Virus record (IMG/VR): IMGVR_UViG_3300030419_005541
Location: 32,001-96,000 of that record
Length of the DNA: 64,000 nt
Direction: 5' to 3' (one strand)
Origin: a virus
Positions 49,989 through 59,569 of the stretch are shown piece by piece (position 1 is the first letter of the stretch; every line of letters begins with the position of its first letter). Under the pieces are notes generated by a model. It did no database searches. It was given only the letters and a program-made list of their open reading frames with translations, and was not told the DNA's origin. Both the position numbers and the translations under genes were made by a program.

Positions 49989-50671
49989 TGGCTGATTTAG
50001 TTTTACCAAGAGGAAAAACAAAAGTTTTAAAAGCAGAAGACAAAGACTACGAAAGAGGTATGTTAGTCAAACTGCTTGATGATGGTGGATACAAAATGGC
50101 ATATTGGTATGAAAAACCTGACAAAGCGTATCCTGTTGAAATAATAGTAGATGGTAAAAGTATAAAAAAAGATGGAAAAGTAGTAGAAATGAAATTTCAC
50201 CCAAAAGATTATTATAAACAAAATGAGGAAACTGATATGAACGAAGCGAGGGGAACTTGTTGGGTAGGATATAAACAAGTTGGTATGAAAAAGAAAGGTG
50301 ATAAAATGGTTCCTAATTGTGTAGCTGAAATCTACTATGAAAATACTATTGGCGAAGGGTATGGATATACTTTTGAGTTTGACGGACAGCCATTACAAGA
50401 AGCAGAATATCAAGGTCGTAAAGTTAAACTTGGCAAAATTATGCAAGGCACTCAAAAGAAATTTAGAGTATATGTAAAGAACGATAAAGGAAACGTAGTA
50501 CAGGTTCATTTTGGTCAAGGTGGAAAAGCAGGTAAGAAAAAAGGTGGAGAAGGAACAATGAAAATCCGTAAATCTAATCCCGATGCTAGGAAATCATTTA
50601 GAGCAAGACATAATTGTGATAACCCAGGTCCACGTTGGAAAGCTCGGTATTGGTCTTGTAGAAAGTGGTAA
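49988..50671 (+). CDS. Modular phage protein
   Basis: CWVGY...VPNCV; EAEYQGRKV; RKSFRARHNC...ARYWSC. Confidence 0.7.
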   Translation: MADLVLPRGKTKVLKAEDKDYERGMLVKLLDDGGYKMAYWYEKPDKAYPVEIIVDGKSIKKDGKVVEMKFHPKDYYKQNEETDMNEARGTCWVGYKQVGMKKKGDKMVPNCVAEIYYENTIGEGYGYTFEFDGQPLQEAEYQGRKVKLGKIMQGTQKKFRVYVKNDKGNVVQVHFGQGGKAGKKKGGEGTMKIRKSNPDARKSFRARHNCDNPGPRWKARYWSCRKW

Positions 50672-50677
50672 CCCACT

Positions 50678-53155
50678 ATGAGCAAACTTTCAGATTGGTT
50701 AGTCCAACCTATTATAGAAGAAGACATAACCAAAAATCCTAAGATAAAACGAGCATTAAAAAAATTAATTGATAATAATCTTTTACCCAAAACATACGCA
50801 AAAGATATTAATAAATTACAAAGTTTTTTAAATACAAATCCACAAGTATTCACTTCTTTGTTAAAAGTTTTAGGAGAAAAGAAAAGTAGTATTAGTGTGA
50901 AAGAACAAAAAGGTGATGTTGTAGTAGTTTATTCAGGAAGATTTCAACCGTTTCATATAGGTCACTACTCAACGTATAAGAAGTTAACACAAAAATTTGG
51001 AAAAAACAAGGTTTTTATTGGTACAAGTAATAAAACACAACCAGGTCGTAGTCCTTTAAATTTCAAAGAAAAGAAATCTATTATTACAAAGTTCTTTAAC
51101 ATATCACCTAAGATGATTGTACAAGTTCGTAATCCTTATTCACCTGTTGAAATATTAAAAGATTTTCCTAAAGATACTACATATATAGCCGCAGTAGGAG
51201 AAAAAGATTCACAAAGATTAAAAGGTAAATATTTTAAACCATATAAAACAGGAAAAACAATTCCTTATGAAGAAGGAGGATTTGTTTTAGCAGTACCACC
51301 AACTGATTTTAAAGTAGGTGGCGAGCCTGTAAGCGGGACAAAGGTACGAGCAACTTTTGGTGGTTCCGTGAATATGTCTGCCAAAGAAGAATTATTTAAA
51401 AGAATGTATGGAAAGGTTGACAAAAAGATATTACAATTTTTGATTAAAAAGTTTGGAGGCACTTTAACAGAAGCAACTACGACGGTACAAGGAAATCTTG
51501 ATGATGGTCCACCAACTTATTATGCGAGTTATGATGATTATAAAAAATTCTCTACTGCTTGGTTGTTGGACCTTTATGGTGAAGATTGGGAAGTATTAGA
51601 CCATTTGATAAGTGCAGAGTTTGACCCTATTGAAGATTATACTTTAAAATATAGTACGGTGCCTGCAGTTTCATATATGGATGCAGGTACAATTAAAGGT
51701 TCTAAAGATGCAGTAAAAAAATATAAAAAATTTATACAAAGAATAACAGATGATTTTGGTTGGGATGTTGTCAAATGGTTAGGTACAGATGAAGCAGAAA
51801 AGAGTTTAACAGGAACTATTGTTTCTGCAGGTGTTGGTGGTAAGATAGGTGATTATGACGTTGAACTAAAAGAAAATGTATTTTCAGATTCTAAACAACT
51901 ATTTATAGAAGAGAAAGAGTTATTATTAATGGGTGGAGCATATGGACATCTCGCTCATCCTTTCGATGACAATAGGTTAACATTTAGAGATTTAAAAACA
52001 ATGATAGATTTAGCACTTCAAGGTAAACTTGAAAGTGTGTCGGAAAAGACAGATGGTCAAAATCTTATGATTTCCTATATTGATGGAAAGGTAAGAGCGG
52101 CACGTAATAAAGGACAATTAAAAAACTTTGGAAAAAATTCTCTTGATATCAAAGGCATACAAAATATGTTTGCAGGTAGAGGAGAAATAGAAAAAGCATT
52201 TACATACTCTATGAGAGATTTAGAGATAGCTATTAAGAAGTTAAGTAAAAAAGATTTAGATAATATATTTGGTAATGGTAAATCTTTTATGAGTTTAGAG
52301 GTAATGTATGTGCCTACTACAAACGTTATACCATATGGTATAAATATGTTAGTGTTTCACGGGACTATGACTTATAACGAAAAAGGTGAGCCTATAGGAC
52401 AAAGCAAATCTGCAGGTTCAAAGTTAACAAAATTAATTAAAAAAGTCAACGCAAATGTTCAAAGACATTTTGATATACAAGCATTACCTAATACTAAATT
52501 ACCACAAGTAAAAAATTATGAAGCTAAAAAATCTTCATTTTTAAAAAGAGTAGATAAATTACAAAAACAATATGGTCTCAAAGATTCAGATACTGCAGGT
52601 GATTATCATCAACATTATTGGTTAGAATATGTTTTAGCAGGTGCTAAGTCAAATGGTTATCCTAATCCTACAGATAATGTTTTATATAGTTTGATGAAGA
52701 GATGGGCGTTTTTTGATAAAAGTTATAAGATACCACAAATTAAAAAAGATTTAAAAGAATATCCTAAATTTTTAGATTGGGTATTAACTACTGACAAAGT
52801 AGACCATACAAAAATATGGAAGCAAAACGTTTCTGCATTTGAAAGAATATTTCTTGATTTAGGTGCAGAAATATTATCTAATATGGAAAACTTTTTATCT
52901 GCTAATCCTACAGAAGCCGCAGTTAAAATGAGACAAGAATTAGCAAAGACAATAAAGAAAATACGTTCAAGTAAAGATTTGAGAACTATAGATATGATGA
53001 AAGCACAACTTGAAAAAGTTCAATCTATGGGTGGATTTAAAAAATTAGTTCCTACTGAAGGAATTACTTTTATGTTTAAAGGTAAAGTTTACAAACTAAC
53101 AGGTTTGTTTGCACCTATAAATCAAATACTTGGAATGTTAAAATATACGAGGTAA
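50678..53155 (+). CDS. HIGH-type nucleotidyltransferase fused to a KxDG ligase-like domain
   Basis: GRFQPFHIGH...SGTKVR; MGGAYGHLAHP...EKTDG...EGI...YKLTG. Confidence 0.75.
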   Translation: MSKLSDWLVQPIIEEDITKNPKIKRALKKLIDNNLLPKTYAKDINKLQSFLNTNPQVFTSLLKVLGEKKSSISVKEQKGDVVVVYSGRFQPFHIGHYSTYKKLTQKFGKNKVFIGTSNKTQPGRSPLNFKEKKSIITKFFNISPKMIVQVRNPYSPVEILKDFPKDTTYIAAVGEKDSQRLKGKYFKPYKTGKTIPYEEGGFVLAVPPTDFKVGGEPVSGTKVRATFGGSVNMSAKEELFKRMYGKVDKKILQFLIKKFGGTLTEATTTVQGNLDDGPPTYYASYDDYKKFSTAWLLDLYGEDWEVLDHLISAEFDPIEDYTLKYSTVPAVSYMDAGTIKGSKDAVKKYKKFIQRITDDFGWDVVKWLGTDEAEKSLTGTIVSAGVGGKIGDYDVELKENVFSDSKQLFIEEKELLLMGGAYGHLAHPFDDNRLTFRDLKTMIDLALQGKLESVSEKTDGQNLMISYIDGKVRAARNKGQLKNFGKNSLDIKGIQNMFAGRGEIEKAFTYSMRDLEIAIKKLSKKDLDNIFGNGKSFMSLEVMYVPTTNVIPYGINMLVFHGTMTYNEKGEPIGQSKSAGSKLTKLIKKVNANVQRHFDIQALPNTKLPQVKNYEAKKSSFLKRVDKLQKQYGLKDSDTAGDYHQHYWLEYVLAGAKSNGYPNPTDNVLYSLMKRWAFFDKSYKIPQIKKDLKEYPKFLDWVLTTDKVDHTKIWKQNVSAFERIFLDLGAEILSNMENFLSANPTEAAVKMRQELAKTIKKIRSSKDLRTIDMMKAQLEKVQSMGGFKKLVPTEGITFMFKGKVYKLTGLFAPINQILGMLKYTR

Positions 53156-53157
53156 TT

Positions 53158-53730
53158 ATGAGTCACGATTACGGTAGTAAAAGTGGAAAAGAAAGAGTTC
53201 GTGAATACAAGGCGATGGAATCTATTCTTAGAGGAGAAACACCTGAGAAAAGAATATTGGTTGGTTATGAAGGCAAAAAACAAAAACACGGAGACATAGA
53301 AAGTCCACTAACTGAAATAATGCAGAAAGTTAGAATGCCTTGGTTCTGTCCTTCTTGTAAGAAAGTTATGAAAAAGAAAATGGACAATCAAACTTGGATG
53401 CAGTTTGAACATTGTTTTGATTGTCAAATAGAATTTGAAAATAAATTAATCATCGAAGGAAAGTATGATGATTGGAGAAAAAAGAAATCTGTAGAAAATA
53501 GATTAGCTAAATATAAAGATGACTTACAAGGTTTAAAAGAATTTTACGATAAAAAAAATGTAACACATTTTAATGCAATAAATCCTGAATTAGGCGCATT
53601 AGATACAGAAACATATGAAGTTGAAAATCCTGAAGAATGGGATAAGAAAATTGATGAAGCAGTAGAATTTTTTGAAAATGAAATAGTTAAACTCGAAAAA
53701 GAGTTGGAGGAATTAAATGAAGTGGCTTAA
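53158..53730 (+). CDS. Zn-binding hypothetical protein
   Basis: CPSC...CFDC. Confidence 0.7.
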   Translation: MSHDYGSKSGKERVREYKAMESILRGETPEKRILVGYEGKKQKHGDIESPLTEIMQKVRMPWFCPSCKKVMKKKMDNQTWMQFEHCFDCQIEFENKLIIEGKYDDWRKKKSVENRLAKYKDDLQGLKEFYDKKNVTHFNAINPELGALDTETYEVENPEEWDKKIDEAVEFFENEIVKLEKELEELNEVA

Positions 53731-54028
53731 ATACATATTAGGATTTCTTGGTGCTGTAGGTGCTTTGTTTGCGGTTAATAAAGCAAAAAGTAAAGAAGTA
53801 CAAAAACTTAAAAAAGTTATTGACGAAAACAAGAAAGAAGAAAAGAAAGTTGAAAAACAAATTAAAGAATTAGAAACTGCTAAGAAAGCTTCTAAAAAAG
53901 AGATTGGTAATATGAAAAGAAAACTTACTATCTCAAAAAAGAAAACTAAAAAGATGGAAGAAGTTTATGAGAATGATGAAGTAGAATCAGCAGAAGATTT
54001 TTTAAGAAAGTTCGCTAAGAACAAATGA
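53717..54028 (+). CDS. TM plus coiled-coil protein (i-spanin-like architecture)
   Basis: N-terminal TM segment then charged coiled coil. Confidence 0.45.
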   Translation: MKWLKYILGFLGAVGALFAVNKAKSKEVQKLKKVIDENKKEEKKVEKQIKELETAKKASKKEIGNMKRKLTISKKKTKKMEEVYENDEVESAEDFLRKFAKNK

Positions 54029-54441
54029 GGATTAGTATGAAAATATTAAAATACTTTTTAATAATATTTTTTGCGATGTCAATGGTAAGAAGTCAAGATG
54101 TAGAGATACAGAAAGGCGGTAAAAAGCCAACGACTTTTACATATGAAGAAGCATTAGAAATGTTAAAAGCTCGTGATGCACAATGGGAAGGTAAATTAGC
54201 AAAAGCAGATTCATTGATAGAATCACAAAAGATTGTAATTTCAGATTGTGATTCTCTTGTTTCTAATTTAGAAGAACAAGCAAAATTAGATACCTTAATG
54301 TTAGTTGCTCAGAGAAAACAAATTGATTTATTAAAAGTTCGTGATGAAACTAATGAAAAATTAGTAAAGTTAGTTGAACCAAAATGGTATGAAAATCAAT
54401 ATCTTTGGTTAGGAATAGGATTTATACTTGGTAAGATATGA
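54025..54441 (+). CDS. Signal-peptide coiled-coil protein with hydrophobic C-terminus (spanin-like)
   Basis: Signal peptide; KWYEN...LWLGIGFILG. Confidence 0.45.
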   Translation: MRISMKILKYFLIIFFAMSMVRSQDVEIQKGGKKPTTFTYEEALEMLKARDAQWEGKLAKADSLIESQKIVISDCDSLVSNLEEQAKLDTLMLVAQRKQIDLLKVRDETNEKLVKLVEPKWYENQYLWLGIGFILGKI

Positions 54442-56015
54442 AATCAAATGATTTAAAAGAAGCTCTACGACAGGAATATATTAAATGTGGGAATGACCCT
54501 TGTTACTTTATTACAAAGTATTGTGTTATTCAACATCCTATTCGTGGTAAAATACCTTTTGAATTATATCCATTTCAAGATAAAACTTTAAAAGAATTAT
54601 TAAATCATAAATACAATATAATTTTAAAAGCAAGGCAGTTAGGTATATCAACTTTGACTGCGGCGTATTCTTTGTGGTTAATGACATTTAGAAATGATAA
54701 GAACATTTTAGTGTTAGCTACTAAACAAGATACAGCAAAAAATCTTGTTACTAAAATTAGAGTGATGCACTCTAACTTACCTGGTTGGTTAAGACAAAAA
54801 TGTATTGAAGATAATAAATTGTCTTTACGATATAAAAATGGTTCACAAGTAAAAGCAGTTTCATCAAGTGAAGATTCAGGTCGTTCAGAAGCACTATCTC
54901 TTTTAGTATTAGATGAGGCCGCATTCATAGACAAAATTGATACAATATGGGCTGCGGCTCAACAAACACTATCAACCGGTGGACAATGTATTGCTTTGTC
55001 TACACCTAACGGTGTTGGTAATTGGTTTCATAGAACTTGGGTAGATGCAGAAGAAGGAGTAAATAGCTTTCACACTATAAAATTACATTGGTCATTACAC
55101 CCTGAACGTGATGAAACATATAGAAAAGAACAAGATAAATTATTAGGTCCATCACTCGCGGCACAAGAATGTGATTGTGACTTTCTAACTTCAGGTCAAA
55201 TGGTTGTAGATGGTTCTATATTACAAGAATATAAAGATACTCAATGTACAGACCCAATAGTAAAACAAGGAATAGATTCAAATGTTTGGGTATGGCAACA
55301 ACCTAATTACAATAAAAACTATATAATGAGTGCTGATGTTAGTAGAGGAGATGGTACTGATTATTCTGCTTTCCATATATTAGAATTAGAGTCAATGGAA
55401 CAAGTTGCTGAGTATCGTGGTAAGATAGGAACTAAAGATTTTGGTAATTTATGTGTAAATGTTGCAACAGAATTTAATGATGCACTTTTAGTTGTTGAAA
55501 ACAATAATATCGGATGGGCCGCTATTCAACAAATTATAGATAGAGGATATCAAAATTTATTTTATACAAGTAAAGATTTACAATATGTAGATGTAGAACA
55601 TCAAATAACTAATCGATATAGAGCAGAAGATAGAAATTTAAAACCCGGATTCTCTATGACTATGAAAACACGACCACTTGTTATTGCTAAATTAGAGGAA
55701 TACTTTAGAGAAAAGGCAGTAATTGTTCGTTCAAATCGATTAATAGATGAGTTGTTTGTATTTATATATAATAACAATAAAGCACAAGCTATGACCGGAT
55801 ATAATGATGATTTAGTTATGAGTTTTGGAATAGCATTGTGGGTGAGAGATACTGCATTAAGATTGAGAGCAGAAGGCGTAGAATTAAGTAAAAAAACTAT
55901 TACTAATTTTTCTACTCCTAATCAATTAATGTATCAACCCGGGGATAAAGAAGATTCTTGGAAAATTGAAATAGGTCACAACAAAGATGTTGAAGACCTT
56001 AAATGGTTACTATAG
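54438..56015 (+). CDS. Terminase large subunit
   Basis: LYPFQ, KARQLGIS, LDEAAF, STPNG, ADVSRG, ENN, NDDLVM. Confidence 0.96.
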   Translation: MKSNDLKEALRQEYIKCGNDPCYFITKYCVIQHPIRGKIPFELYPFQDKTLKELLNHKYNIILKARQLGISTLTAAYSLWLMTFRNDKNILVLATKQDTAKNLVTKIRVMHSNLPGWLRQKCIEDNKLSLRYKNGSQVKAVSSSEDSGRSEALSLLVLDEAAFIDKIDTIWAAAQQTLSTGGQCIALSTPNGVGNWFHRTWVDAEEGVNSFHTIKLHWSLHPERDETYRKEQDKLLGPSLAAQECDCDFLTSGQMVVDGSILQEYKDTQCTDPIVKQGIDSNVWVWQQPNYNKNYIMSADVSRGDGTDYSAFHILELESMEQVAEYRGKIGTKDFGNLCVNVATEFNDALLVVENNNIGWAAIQQIIDRGYQNLFYTSKDLQYVDVEHQITNRYRAEDRNLKPGFSMTMKTRPLVIAKLEEYFREKAVIVRSNRLIDELFVFIYNNNKAQAMTGYNDDLVMSFGIALWVRDTALRLRAEGVELSKKTITNFSTPNQLMYQPGDKEDSWKIEIGHNKDVEDLKWLL

Positions 56016-56024
56016 GAGTTAATT

Positions 56025-57821
56025 ATGGCTGTAGATAAAGGATTATTTACAAGACTACGTAGATTGTTTTCTACTAATGTTGTTGTTAGGCAAGTTGGCG
56101 GTAAAAAACTAAAAGTTGCTGACACTTCAAGAACACAATCAAGTATAAAACATCAGTTGATAGATAGATATCAAAAGATTTATTCATCTGCTAAGCAGTA
56201 TGGATATGATGGTGGTGCTATTATTCAACAACAACGTTTAGGTCTTTTTAAAGATTATGAATCGATGGATTCTGATTCTATTATATCATCTGCACTTGAT
56301 ATTTACGCAGATGAGTCTACTATGAAAAATGAGTATGGGAAAGTTTTAGACATCGATACTGATAATGCTAATATTCACGATATATTACATAACTTATTTT
56401 ATGATGTTTTGAATGTAGAATTTAATTTATGGCCATGGGTTCGTAATATGTGTAAGTATGGTGATTTCTTTTTATTTATGGATATAGATGAAAAGTACGG
56501 TGTTACTAATGTAGTTCCTATTAGTCCTTATGATGTTTCAAGATTAGAAGGCGAAGACCCTGAAAATCCACATTATGTAAAATTTCGTATGACTCCTGTT
56601 GATAATGTTAGACATACACAATATGGAGCGCAACACGATGATTTAGAATCATTTCAAATTGCACATTTTAGATTGATAAGTGATGCAAACTTTTTACCAT
56701 ATGGTAGGTCAACATTAGAAGCCGCACGTAAAGTTTGGAAACAATTAACTCTTATGGAAGACGCTATGTTGATACATCGTATTATGAGAGCACCTGAAAA
56801 AAGAGTTTTCAAATTTGATATTGGAAATATTCCACCCGCAGAAGTAGAAAACTATATGAATCAAGTTGTAAATAAAATGAAGAAAACTCCTGTTATCGAT
56901 ACACAAACAGGTGATTATAATTTAAAATACAATATGCAAAATATTACAGAAGATTTCTTCATACCTGTTCGTGGAGGTGACAGCGGAACAAATATAGATA
57001 CATTAAGTGGATTAACTTACGAGGCCGTAGACGATATCGAGTATTTGAGGAATAGGATGTTAGCATCTCTGCGTGTGCCTAAGGCCTTTCTTGGATACGA
57101 AGAAGGAGTCGAGGGTAAAGCAACACTTGCCGCAGAAGATGTAAGATTTGCACGTACAATAGAAAGATTACAAAGAATTGTTGTAAGTGAATTACATAAA
57201 ATAGCTATTGTTCATTTATATGCACAAGGTTATCGTGACCAAGAGTTAGTTAATTTTGATTTAAAACTAACTAATCCATCTACAATATATGAACAAGAAA
57301 AACTTGAAATTTGGAATACAAAGACAAGTTTAGCAGATTCTATGTTGAGAGATGGTTTAATGTCTTCAGAATGGGTATATAAAAACATTTTTGGTATGAG
57401 TGACGAAGATATAAAAAACGAAGACGAAAAAATTATCTTTGATTACAAAAACAAGTATAGAAAATCTACTATCGAAAGTGAAGGTGAAGACCCAGCAAAG
57501 CAACCTGAACAGGCAGAAACTAACGATGATGCGATAGGTAGAACAGGAAAAGAATTAAATGGTGTAATGGGAAGACCTAAAGAAGGTCCAAAGTACGGAA
57601 AAGACGGTTCAGCACGTGGTCGTGACCCAATGGGTTCACACGATTTGAATACAAGTTATGAAAAAGATAACAAAATTAGACATACTTTTAAGAACGGGCC
57701 GTTGGCTTTAGCTCATTATGATGGTTTAATGAAGGCAATGGACAAAAATTCGAGGGAAATTCTTTCAGAATCAGACGATTTATCGAAAAATTATGAAGAA
57801 GAATTAAACTCAGAAAAATAA
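56025..57821 (+). CDS. Portal protein (T4 gp20-like)
   Basis: LMEDAMLIHRIMRAPEKR, EDFFIPVRG, LRVPK, VRFARTIERLQ. Confidence 0.95.
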   Translation: MAVDKGLFTRLRRLFSTNVVVRQVGGKKLKVADTSRTQSSIKHQLIDRYQKIYSSAKQYGYDGGAIIQQQRLGLFKDYESMDSDSIISSALDIYADESTMKNEYGKVLDIDTDNANIHDILHNLFYDVLNVEFNLWPWVRNMCKYGDFFLFMDIDEKYGVTNVVPISPYDVSRLEGEDPENPHYVKFRMTPVDNVRHTQYGAQHDDLESFQIAHFRLISDANFLPYGRSTLEAARKVWKQLTLMEDAMLIHRIMRAPEKRVFKFDIGNIPPAEVENYMNQVVNKMKKTPVIDTQTGDYNLKYNMQNITEDFFIPVRGGDSGTNIDTLSGLTYEAVDDIEYLRNRMLASLRVPKAFLGYEEGVEGKATLAAEDVRFARTIERLQRIVVSELHKIAIVHLYAQGYRDQELVNFDLKLTNPSTIYEQEKLEIWNTKTSLADSMLRDGLMSSEWVYKNIFGMSDEDIKNEDEKIIFDYKNKYRKSTIESEGEDPAKQPEQAETNDDAIGRTGKELNGVMGRPKEGPKYGKDGSARGRDPMGSHDLNTSYEKDNKIRHTFKNGPLALAHYDGLMKAMDKNSREILSESDDLSKNYEEELNSEK

Positions 57822-57835
57822 TTTTCAATAAGGAC

Positions 57836-57843
57836 ATATTTAT
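57836..57843 (+). promoter_or_regulatory. Putative late promoter ATATTTAT
   Basis: Intergenic, after the portal gene. Confidence 0.45.
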
Positions 57844-57870
57844 ATATGACTTGGAAGAGTTGGAGTTAAA

Positions 57871-58725
57871 ATGATTAAACACAATAAAGTTAAAAACACA
57901 GCATTTTTATATGAATGTTTGACTCGGCAGATAACTTCTGACGTATTGTCAAATGTAGAACCTTCACCTGCCTTAGATATTGTAAAAGAATTTTTTAGGC
58001 CTACTACTATATTAGGTAAAGAATTAGTTCTTTATAAAGCACTTACATCTAAGAAGTTAAAGAATGAAGGTAAAATAAATTATTTAGTAGATTCAGTTTT
58101 ACGTGAAAGAGCTAAGTTGAACTATAGTGATATGCGTAGAGCAAGATACAATTTAGTAAAAAAGATTACTGAAAGCTACGAATTAAAAGATTTTTTTAGA
58201 ACACGAATTTCAAACTTTAAAGATATAGCGTCTGTTTATAAATTATTCGAAATTCAACACAACTCCAATCCTTTCGAAGAAACAGAAATACGATTTATTG
58301 TTATGGAAAATCTTAAAGATACAGATTCACCTAAAACAGAAAAAACTTCTGTAGTGGAAAAATTTGAAAAAGAATCAAAAGATTTAAGATTATTATCGTA
58401 TAAAATACTTGTAGATAAGTTTAATCAAAAATACTCCAACCTTAATGAATCACAACGTGATTTGTTAAAAACATATATTAATAACATATCAAATACAAGT
58501 ACTTTAAAAGAGTTTATGTCTGAAGAAATTAAAACTCTTAAAGAAAAAATCTCAAAGATTCATCCTAAGATTGATGACAAGGTCGTTTCTATTAAATTAA
58601 AAGAATGTTTGAATGTTCTAAAAAAATTAAATAAAGGAAATGTTGTTAACGAAGAACAACTTATCACAATGATGAGATTCTATAATCTTTTGGATGAAAT
58701 TAATGCAGCAGTCGATAAAGCGTAG
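57871..58725 (+). CDS. Head-morphogenesis hypothetical protein
   Basis: KHNKVKNT...KFNQKYSNL; between portal and protease. Confidence 0.7.
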   Translation: MIKHNKVKNTAFLYECLTRQITSDVLSNVEPSPALDIVKEFFRPTTILGKELVLYKALTSKKLKNEGKINYLVDSVLRERAKLNYSDMRRARYNLVKKITESYELKDFFRTRISNFKDIASVYKLFEIQHNSNPFEETEIRFIVMENLKDTDSPKTEKTSVVEKFEKESKDLRLLSYKILVDKFNQKYSNLNESQRDLLKTYINNISNTSTLKEFMSEEIKTLKEKISKIHPKIDDKVVSIKLKECLNVLKKLNKGNVVNEEQLITMMRFYNLLDEINAAVDKA

Positions 58726-59218
58726 CGAAATATTTGAAATCATAAAAGAGATTCTTCGTGAAATGATGAACGAAGCATCCGTAACAGGAAATATTGCTGG
58801 TTATGAAACTCCAAACGCTTTTTCAGGCGGTCTTGCAAAAAACAAAAAGATGAAAAAAGATTTAATTAAAAGACTTCATATGAAGTTGGTTGGTAAGATT
58901 GATGAAAGTAAAGATGATGTAAAGTTAATGAAAGTCTATACTATGAAAGATAGACCACCATTTAAAGTAACTGAATCAAGATATCACGAGTATCGTAATG
59001 ATGAGACTCGTACACCCAAACAAAAGATTTGGCATAGTGTAAAAGAAGTTCGTGATAGTTTACAAAATCTTGACAGAAATTTAAAACACGCTATCAAGTT
59101 AAAGACCGAACAAGGAATGGATTCAAGAACATATTATAAATATGCTCGTAATAGTTTTCCAAAGATACAAGAAAAATTAATTAAGATGGCAAAAAAAGTT
59201 GGGGAGTTAAGCGCGTGA
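58694..59218 (+). CDS. Modular putative head protein
   Basis: MNE|...GYETPNAF; IDE and VTE boundaries; start uncertain. Confidence 0.6.
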   Translation: MKLMQQSIKRSEIFEIIKEILREMMNEASVTGNIAGYETPNAFSGGLAKNKKMKKDLIKRLHMKLVGKIDESKDDVKLMKVYTMKDRPPFKVTESRYHEYRNDETRTPKQKIWHSVKEVRDSLQNLDRNLKHAIKLKTEQGMDSRTYYKYARNSFPKIQEKLIKMAKKVGELSA

Positions 59219-59568
59219 GTACATATAAAAAAATGATGGCAGAAGCATTTGGTATTCAAGAAGGTAAAATTGAAGCTCGTGAATTAAAACTTTACATAGA
59301 TAATGATTCTGCTTTATATAGACAAAGATTTATGCCTATTATGAGAAATCTCAGTAACCATATGGCAAAAAATAGATATAAAGATTCTCTTGCTGTAAAA
59401 GCTTTTATGTATTTAGCCACAGCAGGAGCAAAGAAATATATTAAAGATTTTGGAGGAGATAGAAATACTTTTTCTAAAGCTGATTTAAAAGCAGTTGCCA
59501 AAGAATTTGTAGAAGAATTTAAAGATTCGTATGAGAATGAAGAATACGATTTTATGGGGAGAAAATAA
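59215..59568 (+). CDS. Putative head-internal protein
   Basis: MSTYKKMMAE leader; ARELKLYIDND. Confidence 0.6.
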   Translation: MSTYKKMMAEAFGIQEGKIEARELKLYIDNDSALYRQRFMPIMRNLSNHMAKNRYKDSLAVKAFMYLATAGAKKYIKDFGGDRNTFSKADLKAVAKEFVEEFKDSYENEEYDFMGRK

Positions 59569-59569
59569 A

